From Wolbachia endosymbiont of Dirofilaria (Dirofilaria) immitis (GTDB lineage Bacteria; Pseudomonadota; Alphaproteobacteria; Rickettsiales; Anaplasmataceae), in contig NZ_CP046578.1 in the NCBI RefSeq assembly GCF_013365455.1, forward strand, positions 90,001-122,000: 32,000 nucleotides of DNA, read 5' to 3'. Below, piece by piece: positions 19,485 to 30,243 of the stretch (positions are counted from its first letter, which is position 1; the number at the start of each line of letters is the position of its first letter). The notes under the pieces are model-generated. The model was not told where the DNA came from. It did not search any database and was given only the letters and a program-made list of their open reading frames with translations. The position numbers and the translations under genes are program-made.

Positions 19485-20311
19485 AAGTGTTATTGTTTGA
19501 TTGAAAGTTTTCATGTTTTACATCTTATACATATAGAAGTTTATTCTGAAGCTGATGATCTATTATGGAATTACTTGTTTCAGTATTTTATCAAGGCTAG
19601 GCAACGAATCATAAAATATATTGCAGAGAACACTGGCATGCATTTTTTTGCCTTTAAGTAAAAATTCTAAAATAAAATTGCGGCATTTACATCAGTTATC
19701 ATATTATCGTAAAGGTGTTTAGTACTACAATGGGCTATAGTCGTTTCTTTATTTTTTTTTGTAAAGACAAAGCTATCACACCTTCTATTTCTCTTGTTGC
19801 AATAAAAAGTGAAACCTTTATTAATGAGGTCAACTTTGATTTTCTATGTCTGCTACCTAACTTTTTATTGGTATCACCACAGCTTATTTTATGGAATTAC
19901 ATGTTTCTAATAATTTCTATTCATTAAATCCTGTAGCTTGCACTTCGTTAAGTTGCTAACCATAACAACTTCAGGGTATCTATCATCTTAAAGTCACTAC
20001 ATTAAGAAGTCTTCAAGTTTATTTTTGGAAATAATTGATGTCTCTTAACTCTTACTATCTAAAATTTAAGCCTCTTTATTTTCCTTCAATGCCAGAGTCC
20101 GGGAATGACGATGCTCTTTAACTTTTATTGCTTTTTGATTTTTACTTTCTTAAAATTTGAAATTCTTTTTTAGCATCCATGTTTAAAAATTGTTTTTGTT
20201 CTTGCTGTTATTTCCTCTTTCGGGATTTTTATGTAACGTGAGCTGCTAATCAAGTAAATCCTATGTCATGTGTTTCTTTCATATTGAAATAATGCAAGCT
20301 AATATGTAGTG

Positions 20312-22222
20312 CTAAATGGGAATCTTGTTGAGTAAATTGTTCAGTTTCTTAGCAAACAAGTTTGCATTGTCCATTTCTTCGCCTTCTATAATGCAGGCTT
20401 GATAGAATAATAAGTGAACCATGTCTTCTAATGTTTGGCTTTCACCGCTTTCAGCGTGAGATTTCATGATACTTTTTATTACTGGATGCTTAGTGTTGAT
20501 TTCAAGCACCTTTGGCGTACGGTAATTCAGTTGTTTTTGTTCACGCAGAAAACGCTCCATTCTAAGATCCATAGCACCCTCATCGATTGCTAAACATACA
20601 GGACTATCAGTTAATTTTTTAGAAATTTTTACGCTTTTTACTGAGTTACTAAGAACTTTGGTGAAATATTGTAATATAGAATCTGCATTTTCTTCACTCC
20701 TTTTTTCATCTGACTTGCTTTCTTCATCTTTTTTTTTCGGAGAAAACTTTTCCAGATCTACGTCAGCGCGAGTTACGGACTTAAATTTTTGATCTTTGTA
20801 TTCATGCACTACACTAGTCCAGAAATCATCTACTGGATCAATAAACAGAAGAACTTCTAATTCTTTACTGATAAATCCTTCAAGTTGTGGACTATATTTT
20901 ACAGAATCCAGGCTATTTCCCGTGAGGTAGTAAACATGCTCTTGCTCAGGCTTCATTCTGCTTATGTAGTCATCAATGCTGACTAATTTATCGTTACCTG
21001 TGCTGTGAAATCTGCAGATTGAGAGCAGTGCTTCTCTCTCATCAGTTAGCATAGCTTCACAAAGGCCTTCTTTTAATACCGCACCAAAATTGGTCCAAAA
21101 TTTTGTATATTCCTCTAAATTTTCTTTTGCCTTTTTACTAAGTTCAGATATCACTCGTTTAGTGAGAGATTTTCTAATTTGCTCAACAACGCGATTATTC
21201 TGCAGTGTTTCTCTGCTAATGTTGAGAGGTAAATCTGGAGAATCAACAATTCCTTTTAAAAATCTTAAATACTGTGGTATAATCTGTACATTATCTTCAG
21301 TAATAAATACTTTATTTACATATAGCTTTACAGAGCAACGTCTGTCTGGGTGGAATAAATCAAAAGGTTTAATAGAGGGGATATAAAGCAAGTTTGTATA
21401 TTCTATTGCTCCTTCATTTTTATTATGTAATATCATCCAAGGCTCACCACCAACATGCGCAACACTATGAAAGAAATCGTTGTGCTCTTCTTGAGTAACA
21501 TCATTTTTTGGTTTAGTCCAAATTGCAGCTTTACTGTTTAATTTTTCACTTTTTCCCTCTTCATCTATGAACTCAACAGGAAAATTTATGTGATCCGAGT
21601 AAGTAGTAACAATGTTTGCAATACGAAACTTTTCTAAAAACTCGCTCTCTTCAGGACATATAACTAGGGTAATTTTAGTTCCACGAGCAATTTGATTACC
21701 TAATTTGCTGATTGAATATCTTCCATCTCCCTTTGATTTCCAGATCCAAGATTCCTTTTCTCCCGCCTTTTGAGATTCAACTATTACCTCTGAGGCAACC
21801 ATGAAACTTGAGTAAAAACCCACACCAAATTTTCCAATTAACTCTACAGTTTGGTTCGAATCTTTGCTACTTTTGATCGCTTCCAGGAATTTTTGTGTAC
21901 CAGAGCTAGCAATTCTGCCGAGGTTATCTATTAAATCCTGCCGGTTCATTCCAATACCATTGTCTGTTATATATAGCTCATTCTTATCTTTATTGCTACT
22001 AATGGTAATTTTTAACTCGTCACTTGAATCTAGTAAATTAGGGTCTAATTGGGACTCATAGCGTAATTTGTCACATGCATCTGATGCATTTGATATCAGT
22101 TCACGTAGAAAAATTCCTTTATTGGTATAGAGTGAATTAATTACTATATTTAGTACTTTTTCTATTTCAGCGTCAAATTTTAAATTTTCGGTTTCTTGTA
22201 TATTATACACTTTGAACTCCAT
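20312..22222 (-). CDS. htpG: Molecular chaperone HtpG (Hsp90)
   Basis: [18 protein letters not shown]-binding motif, GIGMNRQDL and [14 protein letters not shown]. 636 aa. Confidence 0.96.
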   Translation of the reverse strand: MEFKVYNIQETENLKFDAEIEKVLNIVINSLYTNKGIFLRELISNASDACDKLRYESQLDPNLLDSSDELKITISSNKDKNELYITDNGIGMNRQDLIDNLGRIASSGTQKFLEAIKSSKDSNQTVELIGKFGVGFYSSFMVASEVIVESQKAGEKESWIWKSKGDGRYSISKLGNQIARGTKITLVICPEESEFLEKFRIANIVTTYSDHINFPVEFIDEEGKSEKLNSKAAIWTKPKNDVTQEEHNDFFHSVAHVGGEPWMILHNKNEGAIEYTNLLYIPSIKPFDLFHPDRRCSVKLYVNKVFITEDNVQIIPQYLRFLKGIVDSPDLPLNISRETLQNNRVVEQIRKSLTKRVISELSKKAKENLEEYTKFWTNFGAVLKEGLCEAMLTDEREALLSICRFHSTGNDKLVSIDDYISRMKPEQEHVYYLTGNSLDSVKYSPQLEGFISKELEVLLFIDPVDDFWTSVVHEYKDQKFKSVTRADVDLEKFSPKKKDEESKSDEKRSEENADSILQYFTKVLSNSVKSVKISKKLTDSPVCLAIDEGAMDLRMERFLREQKQLNYRTPKVLEINTKHPVIKSIMKSHAESGESQTLEDMVHLLFYQACIIEGEEMDNANLFAKKLNNLLNKIPI

Positions 22223-22243
22223 TTATTAGCTTACTACTTAATG

Positions 22244-22272
22244 ATCTAAGTATTGTACTGGGATCTTTCAAG
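22244..22272 (-). promoter_or_regulatory. Candidate RpoH (sigma32)-type heat-shock promoter for htpG
   Basis: On the minus strand, CTTGAAA (22266-22272) and CTTAGAT (22244-22250), giving CTTG-N18-CTTAGAT. This has one mismatch to the alphaproteobacterial CTTG-N17/18-CYTATNT. It ends 21 nt upstream of the ATG. Confidence 0.3.
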
Positions 22273-22491
22273 GTTGTGTGCACCAAAATTAACGTAGCTA
22301 CTATATTATTATAATACTCGATAAATCAAGTATCATAGTTATATTGATCAAACATTTTTTTAAACTGTTAAAAGCGGATTATTCTTTTATAAACTTGTTG
22401 TTTACTTCTTTTACTTTAAAGAGTGTTGATAAGGGCATTATCACTGAATTCTCAAATTTTGTTCTTGCTTTGAACCTTTACTTGTGATTTA

Positions 22492-22530
22492 TAATAGAAT
22501 AAGAACTTTGCTAAAGTTCTTATTCTATTA
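22492..22530. repeat. Perfect 18-bp palindrome with a 3-nt centre, about 270 nt upstream of htpG
   Basis: taatagaataagaacttt (22492-22509), gct, aaagttcttattctatta (22513-22530). The arms are exact reverse complements. Confidence 0.85.
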
Positions 22531-23462
22531 ATGCTTATTTGCTAAGCTAATTTTCAAACTGATACTTTTATAATTGAAAAACTTACTAAGTTGAACATTG
22601 TATTCCTAGCTATTTCTGATCCTAAGCTTAACTTTTTCATTTTATTTTTATAAAAAACTTTAATCTATATTTATTTGATGTGTTTTTTTATACTGCTCCT
22701 TTTATGTTATTAGCATTTTCTGTACTCTTTCACCTTAATCAAAAAGTAGTTTTCTAGTATTTTCTTCGAAAATTGTGTTAGAGAACTAAAAGAGTCTTTC
22801 TTCTTTTTGATTTTTTTGTAGAGCATTATTCTTCTCATTTTGCTCAAGCTTTTTATTGTTGAATTTTTCTTTTTAAATATTCTTACTGCTCGATGAAAAA
22901 TCGATATAATGGTTTTGATAAGGTTTAACCTGTTTGTGTAAAAGCTTTGGCAGTTGCGTTTATCAGCTTATTACAGTAACTTGTTCTTACTACTAAATCT
23001 ACTTCTTTTACTTATAGCAATATAGCCAAATTCTTCTTTTGATTTCTATGTTGATTACCTCAGTTTATTTATTGATCTTCATTATTCTTTGAGTTTTTTT
23101 GTTATTATTTTATAATATTCCCTATTTTCTTTTTGAAGTTTTTACCTTTCGCAACTTTTAGAGCTCTTGTTCCTTTTGAATATAATTAAACTTTTAATTA
23201 TATTCCTTCTGAAAACACGCATTAAAAAATGCAGAGAGTATATTTAAATCTTGTTTTAATATTCTTTTTGAGTTGTATTATTTAGCTTTGGCTATGCCTA
23301 CTTTTTAGTAGCGTATAAAATCAAGTGTGTCAGCCCATTGTAGAAGCGGATTAGCATAGCTTTTAATGATAATATCCCTTAGGCTTATTGGGAGCGTCTT
23401 ATTTATATTTTTTTATCAAAATGTTATTTACTTGTTAACCTAAAGTACGTAACAATGTAAAA

Positions 23463-24098
23463 ATGGAAAATAGCTCGCTAGCAGTAGTATTTGACTGGGA
23501 TAATACCTTAGTTGATATCCAAGGCAATATTTCTAATGCTGTTAATTATACTTTAGGCTCAATGGGATGTAACAATAAAGCTGCTAATAAAAATTCTTAT
23601 AAATCAGAAAGGAACTATATGATTGATTTATCTAGTGACCAGTGGGAAAAAGTAAATCAAATATATCGATATTTAGATAGTACGCTATTACAAAATATTA
23701 CCCTGAACCAGGGAGTAGGGAAAATGCTGCAGAAGTTGAAAAGCCACAATATTTATCTAGCAATAGTTAGTAATAAGAAAAATATTAATTTGCGTAAAGA
23801 AGTTGCCTATTTAAAGTTAGAATCTTACTTTAAAAGAGTAGTGGGTTCATGTGATACTGCAGAAGATAAACCATCTGCAATCCCACTGCTATTTGCCTTG
23901 GAAGAGAGTATTTTGCCTATAAGTAGAGAAAATGTATTTTTTGTTGGTGATAGCATCACAGATATTTTGTGTGCACAAAATGCTAATTGTTTACCAATTA
24001 TATATGGCCAATCAATAAGTGGGTACGAAGATTTGTTGTGTTTTCAACATTTTGATAAACTTACAGACTTCATAATAAAGTATTTAAAAAATAGATAA
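23463..24098 (+). CDS. HAD-superfamily hydrolase (phosphoglycolate phosphatase-like)
   Basis: Motif I VVFDWDNTLVD, motif II IVSNK, motif IV FVGDSITD. 211 aa. Confidence 0.8.
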   Translation: MENSSLAVVFDWDNTLVDIQGNISNAVNYTLGSMGCNNKAANKNSYKSERNYMIDLSSDQWEKVNQIYRYLDSTLLQNITLNQGVGKMLQKLKSHNIYLAIVSNKKNINLRKEVAYLKLESYFKRVVGSCDTAEDKPSAIPLLFALEESILPISRENVFFVGDSITDILCAQNANCLPIIYGQSISGYEDLLCFQHFDKLTDFIIKYLKNR

Positions 24099-24592
24099 TG
24101 AACACTGTTATAGAGATTGCCAGTATACAAAGGCGCTTTTGCGCATATTTACTAGATATAGCAATTTTGCTAGTTCCAACCTTATTAATTGTCCTTTTAT
24201 TAAAGGATTTTCCGTTAATTCTATATCTACTGTATATATGTATGAATTGCGGTTACTTTACATATTTTATATCTTCAGTAGCTCAAGCAACTCCCGGTCA
24301 GCAGTTAATGAACATATATACTATTAGTTTAGATGGTTCTAGAATAGATTTGAGTTTAGCATTTGATAAAAGTATCTCTCAGTTTTTTCTTCCTTTATTG
24401 AATAACGTGATAGTTATCCTCATCGATTTTTTTCATGCTCAGGAATCATTAGTAAATGCCTTGAATATACTGGAAGTAATCATAGTTCTGCTCACATTGT
24501 GCTGGTATTTAGTAGCTTGCTTCTCTAAAAACAAGCAGACATATCATGACATGCTATTTGGTACAATTGTTGTAAAGGGAACTATCAAATGA
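24098..24592 (+). CDS. RDD-family integral membrane protein
   Basis: N-terminal RRFCAYLLDIAIL and C-terminal TYHDMLFGTIVV are typical of RDD domains. Multi-TM. The start overlaps the HAD stop (TAATG), suggesting translational coupling. Confidence 0.7.
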   Translation: MNTVIEIASIQRRFCAYLLDIAILLVPTLLIVLLLKDFPLILYLLYICMNCGYFTYFISSVAQATPGQQLMNIYTISLDGSRIDLSLAFDKSISQFFLPLLNNVIVILIDFFHAQESLVNALNILEVIIVLLTLCWYLVACFSKNKQTYHDMLFGTIVVKGTIK

Positions 24593-24912
24593 ACTAGTGA
24601 CCTCTATTGTTATGCAGATTATATTGGTAAATTAAACTAAAAGAAGGTTGTGAGTAAAGGAGTAATAAAGCATTTGAGTGAGTTAACTTTTATATGCTAG
24701 TATTTTTATATTTTATGGTTCTCAAAAGGGGTGAAATTAGTGATCTTGGTGAAGAATTTGAGCATGCAAATGAGCTGGGAAAAAGGATTTTATTAGCGTA
24801 ATGTTATTAGAGGAATTATTGGAAAACGAGGAAGGACAGTTTACATTGAGTTGAAGGGTAGGTTAGCCTCATTGGGCTTATAGTTAAAATTATTTAAAGA
24901 TATGAATATAAA

Positions 24913-25536
24913 GTGTTAAAGAAAATAGTATTTATTTTGATCTTACCTTGTTTACTTCTTTTTTCATTAGGGTTATGGCAATTATTTAGGTTGTACTGGA
25001 AAAGTAATATTATTAAAAATATGAATCTTCCGGTTGTTCATCTATTGCCCAATGACGATCTTACAAAGTTTAACTATAGACATATCAAGATTGATGGAAT
25101 TCTAAGTAATGTAGACTTATATGTTTTTGCAGGGCAACGCGGTTATTATATGCTATCTCCTATGCTGCTTACTACTGGACATTATATGTTAGTGAATAAA
25201 GGGTTAATCAAGGAAAGGAAGAGAGAAGGAACAAAAATTGAGAAAGTAACTGTAAGTGGAGTTTTATATTGTGATAGTAGTAAAAGCAAGAGTTGGTTGA
25301 TCAAGAATGATACTATTTTGAATGTGTGGTTTACCTTAAGTACAGAAGAAATTTCCGATGAGCTTGGTATTAAGCTAGAGAAGTGTGTGTTATGGCAAAA
25401 AGGTTTTAGCGATAAATCAACTATACAGCCGATAAAACACTTGGAATATGCAATAACTTGGTTTGTGCTTTTCTTGATTTGGTTGACTATATGTATAGCC
25501 TATTATAGACAAAACAAATTCCATACAAGCAGTTGA
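24913..25536 (+). CDS. SURF1-family cytochrome oxidase assembly protein
   Basis: N-terminal TM followed by LGLWQLFRLYWK, and a C-terminal HLEYAITWFVLFLIW TM segment. GTG start. 207 aa. Confidence 0.8.
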   Translation: MLKKIVFILILPCLLLFSLGLWQLFRLYWKSNIIKNMNLPVVHLLPNDDLTKFNYRHIKIDGILSNVDLYVFAGQRGYYMLSPMLLTTGHYMLVNKGLIKERKREGTKIEKVTVSGVLYCDSSKSKSWLIKNDTILNVWFTLSTEEISDELGIKLEKCVLWQKGFSDKSTIQPIKHLEYAITWFVLFLIWLTICIAYYRQNKFHTSS

Positions 25537-26148
25537 TACATATATCTATATATGCTGTAATTTGTAGGTAATTTATGAACAGATGGGCGTCATTTCAGTT
25601 GCTCGATATTAAGGATTTAGGAGAAAAAGAAATTTACTAAAATTAAAGAGGTAAGAGAACCACTGTGATAAGTAGTCTTCTAGATTAAAACTGAACAGAG
25701 CATAGGTGGATTTACTAGTAGGAGGTAGGTGGTAATATTCATGTTATTGAGATTTAGACTGGTTTATATTTCTAGAGTAATTTTATTAAAATTTGTGGTG
25801 GTGCTTCTATGAACTTTCTTAAGTAGCTGAAAGCATTTTATCTTGCAGATCAGCAGAGCAGTTCACATACGAGAGTTAGACTTATGTTAATGATGGGGGT
25901 AGGTCGGATATTTTATATGGGTTTTGAGAAATTGATGGGCCTTTTTGCTACACTATATCTAGAATAGTTCTATATGTTAGAGATTGGGGAAAGTAAAAAC
26001 AGTAACTTATTACTATATTTGTGCAAAAATGGTCAATGGATACCTAAATTTGACTTAGAAAAACTTTACTATCATTCAGCTGAAACTCAGGAACTTAAGT
26101 AGGTTAGCTGTGTTAATGAAATTAAATCTATTAGTATAATTGCTATTC

Positions 26149-27978
26149 TTACAAAGAAGATTTTCTCACTTTTTCTTTGCTTTCGTTTTCATTTCTAACA
26201 ATCTTTTTTCCGTCTAGTATATCTTTGATTTCATCTCCAGTTAAAGTCTCAAACTCTAGTAAATTTTCAGCAATAAGTTCCAGATCTTTGTTGCATTTGG
26301 TTAAGATATCTTTTGCCTTTTCATAACATAAAGATATAATTCTTTTTACTTCTTCATCTATAAGCTTCAGAGTGTCTTCAGAAATTATGTTGGAGCCATA
26401 TACATTTTGTTCACGGTTATGATATATAGGTCCTATTTTATCACTCATTCCCCACTTTGTTACCATGGCACGTGATAAATCAGATGCTTGTTTTATGTCT
26501 GAAGATGCACCGCTTGTGACCTTACCATATCCAAAAGTCAACTCTTCTGCTACTCTTCCACCCATAGCAACGGTAATATCTGCTATCATTTTTTCTCTTG
26601 TATGAGATACTCTATCTGTTTCTGGTAATCTCATAACTAAACCTAAGGCTCTGCCTCTTGGGATAATAGTTGCTTTGTGTATTGGATCAGAAGCAGCCAT
26701 GTTAACGGCAATTATTGCATGTCCAGCTTCGTGGTATGCAGTAAGTTTTCTTTCCTCTTCTGTCATAACTAAGGATCGCCTCTCCACACCCATCATCACT
26801 TTATCACGTGCATATTCGAAATCATCCATAGTAACAATTTTTTTATTCCTTCTTGCAGCAATAAGTGCAGATTCATTCACTAAATTTGCCAGATCAGCTC
26901 CTGAAAATCCAGGTGTTCCTCTTGCAACTGTTTTTACATTTACATCTGGTGCTATTGATATCTTTTTTATATGGGTGTTTAATATTTTTTCACGTCCATT
27001 TATATCGGGTAAGGAAATAGTTATCTGTCGGTCAAAACGACCAGGTCTAAGCAATGCTGGATCTAAAACATCCGGACGGTTAGTTGCTGCAACTATTATC
27101 ACACCTTCGTTGGATTCAAAGCCATCCATTTCAACTAATAGCTGATTTAATGTTTGTTCTCTCTCGTCATTGCCACCGCCAAGGCCAATGCCGCGGTGTC
27201 TGCCTACTGCATCTATTTCGTCTATAAAGATTATACAAGGAGCATTTTTTTTGCCTTGATCGAACATGTCGCGAACGCGGCTTGCGCCAACACCAACAAA
27301 CATTTCAACAAAATCAGACCCGGAGATGCTAAAAAATGGTACATTAGCTTCACCTGCAATTGCGCGAGCAAGTAAGGTTTTACCAGTTCCAGGAGAACCA
27401 ATTAAAAGGCATCCTTTTGGTATTTTTCCACCTAATATCTGAAATTTTTGCCTTTGTTTGAGAAAATCAACAATTTCTACTAACTCTTCTTTTGCTTCAT
27501 CAATTCCAGCAACATCGTCAAATGTTACTTTTTTCCCGCTAGTCATGAGCCTAGCTTTTGATTTACCGAAGCTTATGGTTCTGTTACCTCCTGCTTGTGT
27601 TTGTTTTAAGAGAAAAAGCAATAAGCCAATAAAGATAAATGTTGGAATCCATTGAATAAGTAGTCCACCAATGATACTCATTGCAGAATCTCCAGTTGAA
27701 AAGGAGAATTTCACTTTTCTATCATGTAAGCTTTTTATTAAGTCACTATATATGATACTACTTGAATTAAAGCTTGACCCATCTCTGAACTTACCTTCAA
27801 TACTCTGGTTTTTTATGATGACATGTTCTATATCATCATCTTCTAGCCTGATTAAAAATTCTGAAAAAGGTATGGTTATTTTGCTTTTACCTATGTTCCC
27901 ACTGAATTGAATATAAGCAACTGAGACAAGTACAACTATTACTAACCAAATCAATAAGCCTTCTAGAAACTTTTTCAT
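26149..27978 (-). CDS. ftsH: ATP-dependent zinc metalloprotease FtsH
   Basis: Walker [18 protein letters not shown], Walker [13 protein letters not shown] region, and the zinc site HEAGHAI. 609 aa. Confidence 0.97.
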   Translation of the reverse strand: MKKFLEGLLIWLVIVVLVSVAYIQFSGNIGKSKITIPFSEFLIRLEDDDIEHVIIKNQSIEGKFRDGSSFNSSSIIYSDLIKSLHDRKVKFSFSTGDSAMSIIGGLLIQWIPTFIFIGLLLFLLKQTQAGGNRTISFGKSKARLMTSGKKVTFDDVAGIDEAKEELVEIVDFLKQRQKFQILGGKIPKGCLLIGSPGTGKTLLARAIAGEANVPFFSISGSDFVEMFVGVGASRVRDMFDQGKKNAPCIIFIDEIDAVGRHRGIGLGGGNDEREQTLNQLLVEMDGFESNEGVIIVAATNRPDVLDPALLRPGRFDRQITISLPDINGREKILNTHIKKISIAPDVNVKTVARGTPGFSGADLANLVNESALIAARRNKKIVTMDDFEYARDKVMMGVERRSLVMTEEERKLTAYHEAGHAIIAVNMAASDPIHKATIIPRGRALGLVMRLPETDRVSHTREKMIADITVAMGGRVAEELTFGYGKVTSGASSDIKQASDLSRAMVTKWGMSDKIGPIYHNREQNVYGSNIISEDTLKLIDEEVKRIISLCYEKAKDILTKCNKDLELIAENLLEFETLTGDEIKDILDGKKIVRNENESKEKVRKSSL

Positions 27979-27990
27979 TGTTATTTTTAA

Positions 27991-29334
27991 CTAGACATCA
28001 ATTAAGCTTATCAGATTTTGTTTTATTATACTATTAGCAATGAATTGAATCTTGCCATCATTGACATTTTCTCCATCATAATTTATATAAGGATAAGCTA
28101 ATATCTTCCCTTCTTTTTGTATTGTGGGTAAGGAATAAAAAACTTCAGAGCAACAATTATGATCTTTTAAAAATTTGGGAATCTTTTGTGTTTTTTTCAA
28201 CGGGATAATGGTTACTGAACACTCCTGATTTTTAAGTATCGTGCAGGTAAATCTATTATCCCATTTAATAGAGCCATTTAATGGTAGACTTACAGATACT
28301 TCTTGTATCTTTGATGGTTCTCTGATTACTAATATGCTTTCTCCATATTTCCTTATTTTACACTCAGAGAGTATGCAATGAATATTAGTGTCGTCCTTTT
28401 GCGATATTTTATTAAATATTGCTATGAGACTGTTGTATCTTGGTTTATAGTGTTTACTACTAATTACCATTATAGAATAAAGAAGTAGTCTTAAAGCTAT
28501 TTCCTCTGGCAATTTATAAAATTCACTTAATTTGATTTCAATATACCCGAGATTATGAATGTTAACACAGTCATTAAACGCAAGGCGAGTATAGTAAATC
28601 AGTGCCTTTACTGCTCTTTTTATATGAAAAGTTGTGAGACATATTCGTTCTGTTAGAATCCTCTGATTATCACTTGCTTTAAGCAAGTTACGATATAATG
28701 TACGCCTGTACTTCAAATTCTGGTTGCTTTTATCTTCAACCCATTTTAACTGATAGAGATTTGCGTATCTTTCTACTTCGCTACGACTAAAATTTAAAAG
28801 TGGTCTTAATATGTAAATGCCATTAAAAGAAAATTTCCAGTCCATGGACGATAACCCATCTATGCCACTACCGCGTTCAAGTCTAAGTAGAAATGTTTCT
28901 GCTTGGTCATCTTTATGATGAGCAACAAGCAAGTACTTAACACCGTTGTTTTTGCACCATTCTGTTAATAGCTTATACCGTGCTTTTCGTGCTTGTAATT
29001 GAATGTTACCTTTGACGTTTTGTTTTTCCCAGTTTAATGTAAATGACTCTTTTACTCCAAGTTTTTTTGTGTAACTTAGAACAAACTCAGCTTCTTTCTG
29101 GGATTCTAAACGCAACCCATGGTTTACTGTTAATGCTACAGGGAGTGACCACTGCCTTTTTTTTGCCCAATTAACCATTAAATGTAACAGACTTATGCTG
29201 TCAACACCACCTGACACTGCAACTGCAACTTTGTTGTTGTGAGTAATAAAACCTTTAATTGCATTTTGAAATAATGATTCTAGTCCCATTGTATTTCTTG
29301 CATGATTTATTTTTATTAGATTATCATACAACAA
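27991..29334 (-). CDS. tilS: tRNA(Ile)-lysidine synthase
   Basis: PP-loop [16 protein letters not shown]. 447 aa. It lies immediately upstream of ftsH, a conserved tilS-ftsH arrangement. Confidence 0.9.
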   Translation of the reverse strand: MLYDNLIKINHARNTMGLESLFQNAIKGFITHNNKVAVAVSGGVDSISLLHLMVNWAKKRQWSLPVALTVNHGLRLESQKEAEFVLSYTKKLGVKESFTLNWEKQNVKGNIQLQARKARYKLLTEWCKNNGVKYLLVAHHKDDQAETFLLRLERGSGIDGLSSMDWKFSFNGIYILRPLLNFSRSEVERYANLYQLKWVEDKSNQNLKYRRTLYRNLLKASDNQRILTERICLTTFHIKRAVKALIYYTRLAFNDCVNIHNLGYIEIKLSEFYKLPEEIALRLLLYSIMVISSKHYKPRYNSLIAIFNKISQKDDTNIHCILSECKIRKYGESILVIREPSKIQEVSVSLPLNGSIKWDNRFTCTILKNQECSVTIIPLKKTQKIPKFLKDHNCCSEVFYSLPTIQKEGKILAYPYINYDGENVNDGKIQFIANSIIKQNLISLIDV

Positions 29335-29428
29335 GTAAGAAACTTACTTGTTTCAACCATGCTGATATTTCCTTTTCTCTAAACTCTCCTTCTCTATTAG
29401 CCCTAATGCCCTTCCTTAACACTACTGG

Positions 29429-29488
29429 AGCTTCTTCTGCTTTAATCCCAGTATTAAAGCACTGGGATCAGCTTTTAAGCAAGAAGCT
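29429..29488 (-). other. Compound stem-loop starting in the pal stop codon (pal-tilS spacer)
   Basis: Outer arms agcttcttctgctt (29429-29442) and aagcaagaagct (29477-29488) pair with a 2-nt bulge. The inner perfect stem is cccagt (29447-29452) / actggg (29461-29466). An alternative 8-bp stem is gctttaat (29439-29446) / attaaagc (29453-29460). No U-run follows on the minus strand. Confidence 0.5.
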
Positions 29489-29969
29489 ATTTCTTTGCTT
29501 TAGAAAATGAAAACTCCACTCTGCGATTCTTAGCGTGCTGTTTTTCATACTTGGAGTTCTTAGAGTTGTCTTGTACATAAACTAAAGGTTCAGCTTCACC
29601 TCTAGAGGCAGTTTTTATTCTACTTTCTAAGTAAGGTGCACAGCTAACCATAAATTTTTTAGCTGCATCTGCTCTTCTTTCACCTAATGCAACGTTGTAC
29701 TCGTAAGAGCCACGATTGTCAGTGTGGCCGATTGCAGTAACCTTTATATCAGGGTTATTTTGCAATACTTCTATTACATCAAGTAATGTATCTGCACTTG
29801 CTTCAATAATATTAGATTTATCATAGCCAAAGAAAACTCTTTTTTCACTCATCTGCTGAACAACAGAATTCGTTCTGTTTGTTGTGGCTAATTCTCTTTT
29901 TTTGCTACAAGAGCTTGCACCAGTAAGTAGTAAACAAAAACAACACATTATAATCAATCTACTCCACAT
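29487..29969 (-). CDS. pal: Peptidoglycan-associated lipoprotein (OmpA-family C-terminal domain)
   Basis: Signal peptide with a lipobox-like LLLTGASSC. OmpA-like region GHTDNRGSYEYNVALGERRADAAKKF. 160 aa. Confidence 0.9.
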   Translation of the reverse strand: MWSRLIIMCCFCLLLTGASSCSKKRELATTNRTNSVVQQMSEKRVFFGYDKSNIIEASADTLLDVIEVLQNNPDIKVTAIGHTDNRGSYEYNVALGERRADAAKKFMVSCAPYLESRIKTASRGEAEPLVYVQDNSKNSKYEKQHAKNRRVEFSFSKAKK

Positions 29970-30243
29970 TACTAGACCTCCATAAATTTTTAAATATAGT
30001 TTTAAGTTTCATTAATTCATGATCTCTCTATATTATAATGTAGTCAAGGAAAATAAAACACTGGATGCTTTTTTATAATTTTGCAGTTTATCTTTAATAA
30101 GATGTTGGGCTTTCGATAAAAGAATCTAGTGAAGCTGTAGTGTGCGCAATTTTTTGTTGTACTTTGAGTAAATATACTTTTAACTTTATTGTTAATTTAT
30201 TACTACGATGTTAAACAGATATTTTCTAAAAAAATGAACAAAT

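Noticed and set aside
21853-21862. ggttcgaatc, a tRNA T-arm-like string
   Set aside because: It lies inside the htpG coding frame, and no acceptor, D or anticodon stems can be drawn around it. A ttcaaatcc string at about 10474-10482 likewise has no complementary T-stem. I found no tRNA in the window.
24715-24883. Possible frameshifted KH-like mini-ORF in the RDD/SURF1 spacer (MVLKRGEISDLGEEFEHANELGKRILL / NVIRGIIGKRGRTVYIELKGRLASLGL*)
   Set aside because: The only family-like feature is IIGKRGRT, which resembles the KH GXXG loop. The sequence is too short, needs an assumed indel at 24796-24798, and has no supporting context. I cannot support it from sequence alone.
26675-27910. Four plus-strand ORFs (26675-27145, 27154-27375, 27458-27655, 27671-27910) opposite ftsH
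   Set aside because: These are shadow ORFs on the antisense strand of a 609-aa FtsH with all motifs intact. The same reasoning applies to 4244-4435 (sdhB), 7000-7191 (pgpA), 15246-15440 (rimM), 21090-21386 and 21864-22061 (htpG), 24139-24327 (an alternative frame of the RDD gene) and 29259-29510 (tilS/pal spacer).
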